Source: Amoeboaphelidium protococcarum X5 (taxonomy: Eukaryota; Fungi; Aphelidiomycota). Taken from it: a stretch of 64,000 bases of DNA. Below the pieces are notes generated by a model, which ran no database searches, had not been told where the DNA came from, and worked only from the letters and a program-made list of their open reading frames with translations. The stretch spans positions 894,164-958,163 of the forward strand of contig JALDTO010000098.1 of the NCBI GenBank assembly GCA_023515725.1, read 5' to 3'. Numbering within the stretch: position 1 is the stretch's first letter; each line of letters begins with the position of its first letter. Position numbers and translations under genes: made by a program. This document shows positions 62,622-64,000 of this stretch, one piece after another.

Positions 62622-64000
62622 ATGGAAAATATGGAAAAGGATCAATTAATTATTTCGAATGTAGATGAAGAGGATGGATTCTAAGTGGAAAAGCAACAGA
62701 TTGTATTTCAGCATATATAGCAGCGAAAGTGGAAATTGTGGCTGATCATTGGCTGTCTATCTGCTCTATTCATTACAGTATTCAGTCTCTCTATAGCTCT
62801 GGTGATAAGCAGAGATGGTCAAATATCACCGGCTGATAGGCCTAACCCAGTGATTCTCATATCGCTAGATGGATTCGCCGCCAGGTATCTGCAGCGTTAG
62901 TTGACTCCTAATCTATAGCGGCTTATCGATAATGGTGTACATGCCCCTTTTATGCAGCCAGAATTTCCCAGCAAGACTTTCCCGAATCATTGGTCTATAG
63001 TGACTGGTCTCCTATCTGAGAGTCATGGTATCGTGTCTAATCAATTCTATGACCCGGTGATTGATGATGTCTTCACCTATACCAACGATACTTGTAGCAA
63101 GGATCCTCGATGGTGGCTAGGTGAGCCAATATGGAATACTATCAAGCGATAATAACTCAGTTCAAATGTCTGCTTCTGGCCTGGTAGTGAGGCTCCTGTT
63201 AATGGGATGCATCCAGATCGATATATTCCATACAGTCAGGCGACAGAGATGGATAATAGTGCGCGTGTTGATCAAGTGCTTGAATGGCTTGGTGAGCGAT
63301 ATGCCTGGGATCAGACTTATGGACCAGATTTGATTGCAATGTACATCTCCTCTGTCGATTCCACAGGTCATGCAAATGGACCAGATTCTTCCGCTGTGGA
63401 TGAGGAGATTAAGAGAGTTGATACTGATGCTATCGGTCGATTGATCGATGGACTGAAGGCAAGGAATGCTCTTGATTATGTCAATTTGGTCATTGTCAGT
63501 GATCACGGTATGGCTGCTACTGATCCGAATAAAGTAGTCTACTTAGAAGATATCTAAACGTCTACCGGTCTGAATGTGACAAATTATATCACCGTCTATG
63601 ATGGCTCTCCCGTACTTCACATCCAGCCCCACAACGATTCTGTCGCTGATGTTGTCTACACTGCTCTGAAAGAGTAAAGTGTTAAAGACAAGACTTGGAA
63701 CGTTTATAAACGCGGTGAAATACCGCCCATCTACTAGTACAGCAATAGTAATAGAATATCGCCGATAATTTTGGTTGCTGATTAGCCTTACACCATCTCC
63801 TAGAAGAGAGGTGACTATTTCCTCAAAGGAACTCATGGCTACGATCCGCGGGATTCTGATATGCACTCTATATTCATTGGACATGGCCCGTAATTTGCCA
63901 AGAATTCCACAATTGCAGAATCTTCTGGAATGTCTAATCTAGACGTTTATAAGATTCTGTGCGCACTTTTGAATGTCAATGAAGCTCCCAACAATAGCAC
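62622..64000 (+). CDS. Ectonucleotide pyrophosphatase/phosphodiesterase (NPP, type II membrane); runs off the right window edge
   Basis: TM anchor, VILISLDGF, PEFPSKTFPNHWSIVTGL, WWLGEPIW, VDSTGHANGP, VIVSDHGM, GTHGYDP...MHSIFIGHGP. Confidence 0.93.

Noticed and set aside
1-64000. Interpretation as mass pseudogenisation or sequencing error
   Set aside because: The interruptions are only TAA/TAG, never TGA or frameshifts. They fall at Gln positions in essential single-copy genes (SMC1, SNU114, NDUFV2).
1-64000. tRNA, rRNA, CRISPR arrays, intact transposons or prokaryotic operons
   Set aside because: None was recognisable by eye. The sequence is eukaryotic with spliceosomal introns. A tRNAscan-SE/Infernal run would be needed to exclude small RNAs.

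Overview
Gene-dense eukaryotic nuclear DNA with about 30 protein-coding genes and short (about 52-76 nt) GT-AG introns. It uses a non-standard genetic code: TAA and TAG are read as Gln and TGA is the only stop. This is why the supplied standard-code ORF track breaks every gene into fragments. Read with TAR=Gln (NCBI table 6), the window resolves into intact genes: PAH (partial), GON4L-like Myb, LicD, a twin-CX9C protein, sterol glucosyltransferase, SDS22, a 2OG-Fe(II) oxygenase, ERG8, SNU114, TRAF7-like, NDUFV2, a PXA-RGS-PX nexin, SMC1, SEC66, ACMSD, NCKAP1, TMEM256, SLC33A1, ALDH3, HSDL2-like, ARPC4, a tandem MyTH4-FERM myosin, a TEA factor, a divergent H1, TYW4-JmjC, BRE1, RCE1, two signal-peptide kinases, a small mitochondrial-type protein and ENPP (partial). 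Fungal markers (SEC66, ERG8-type phosphomevalonate kinase) occur alongside WAVE, Arp2/3 and MyTH4-FERM genes. Together with TAR=Gln this points, by inference, to an early-branching holomycotan, most likely the aphelid Amoeboaphelidium protococcarum or a relative. The most notable candidates are: (1) a tandem pair of divergent, apparently secreted protein kinases (candidate effector family); (2) a near-invariant extended 3' splice site, TGTAG (18 of 19 introns in recognisable genes); (3) clustered TGAAACA and CATTCY promoter motifs at the TEA, myosin, NCKAP1 and SMC1 genes. All assignments come from hand translation and motif recognition; no searches were run.
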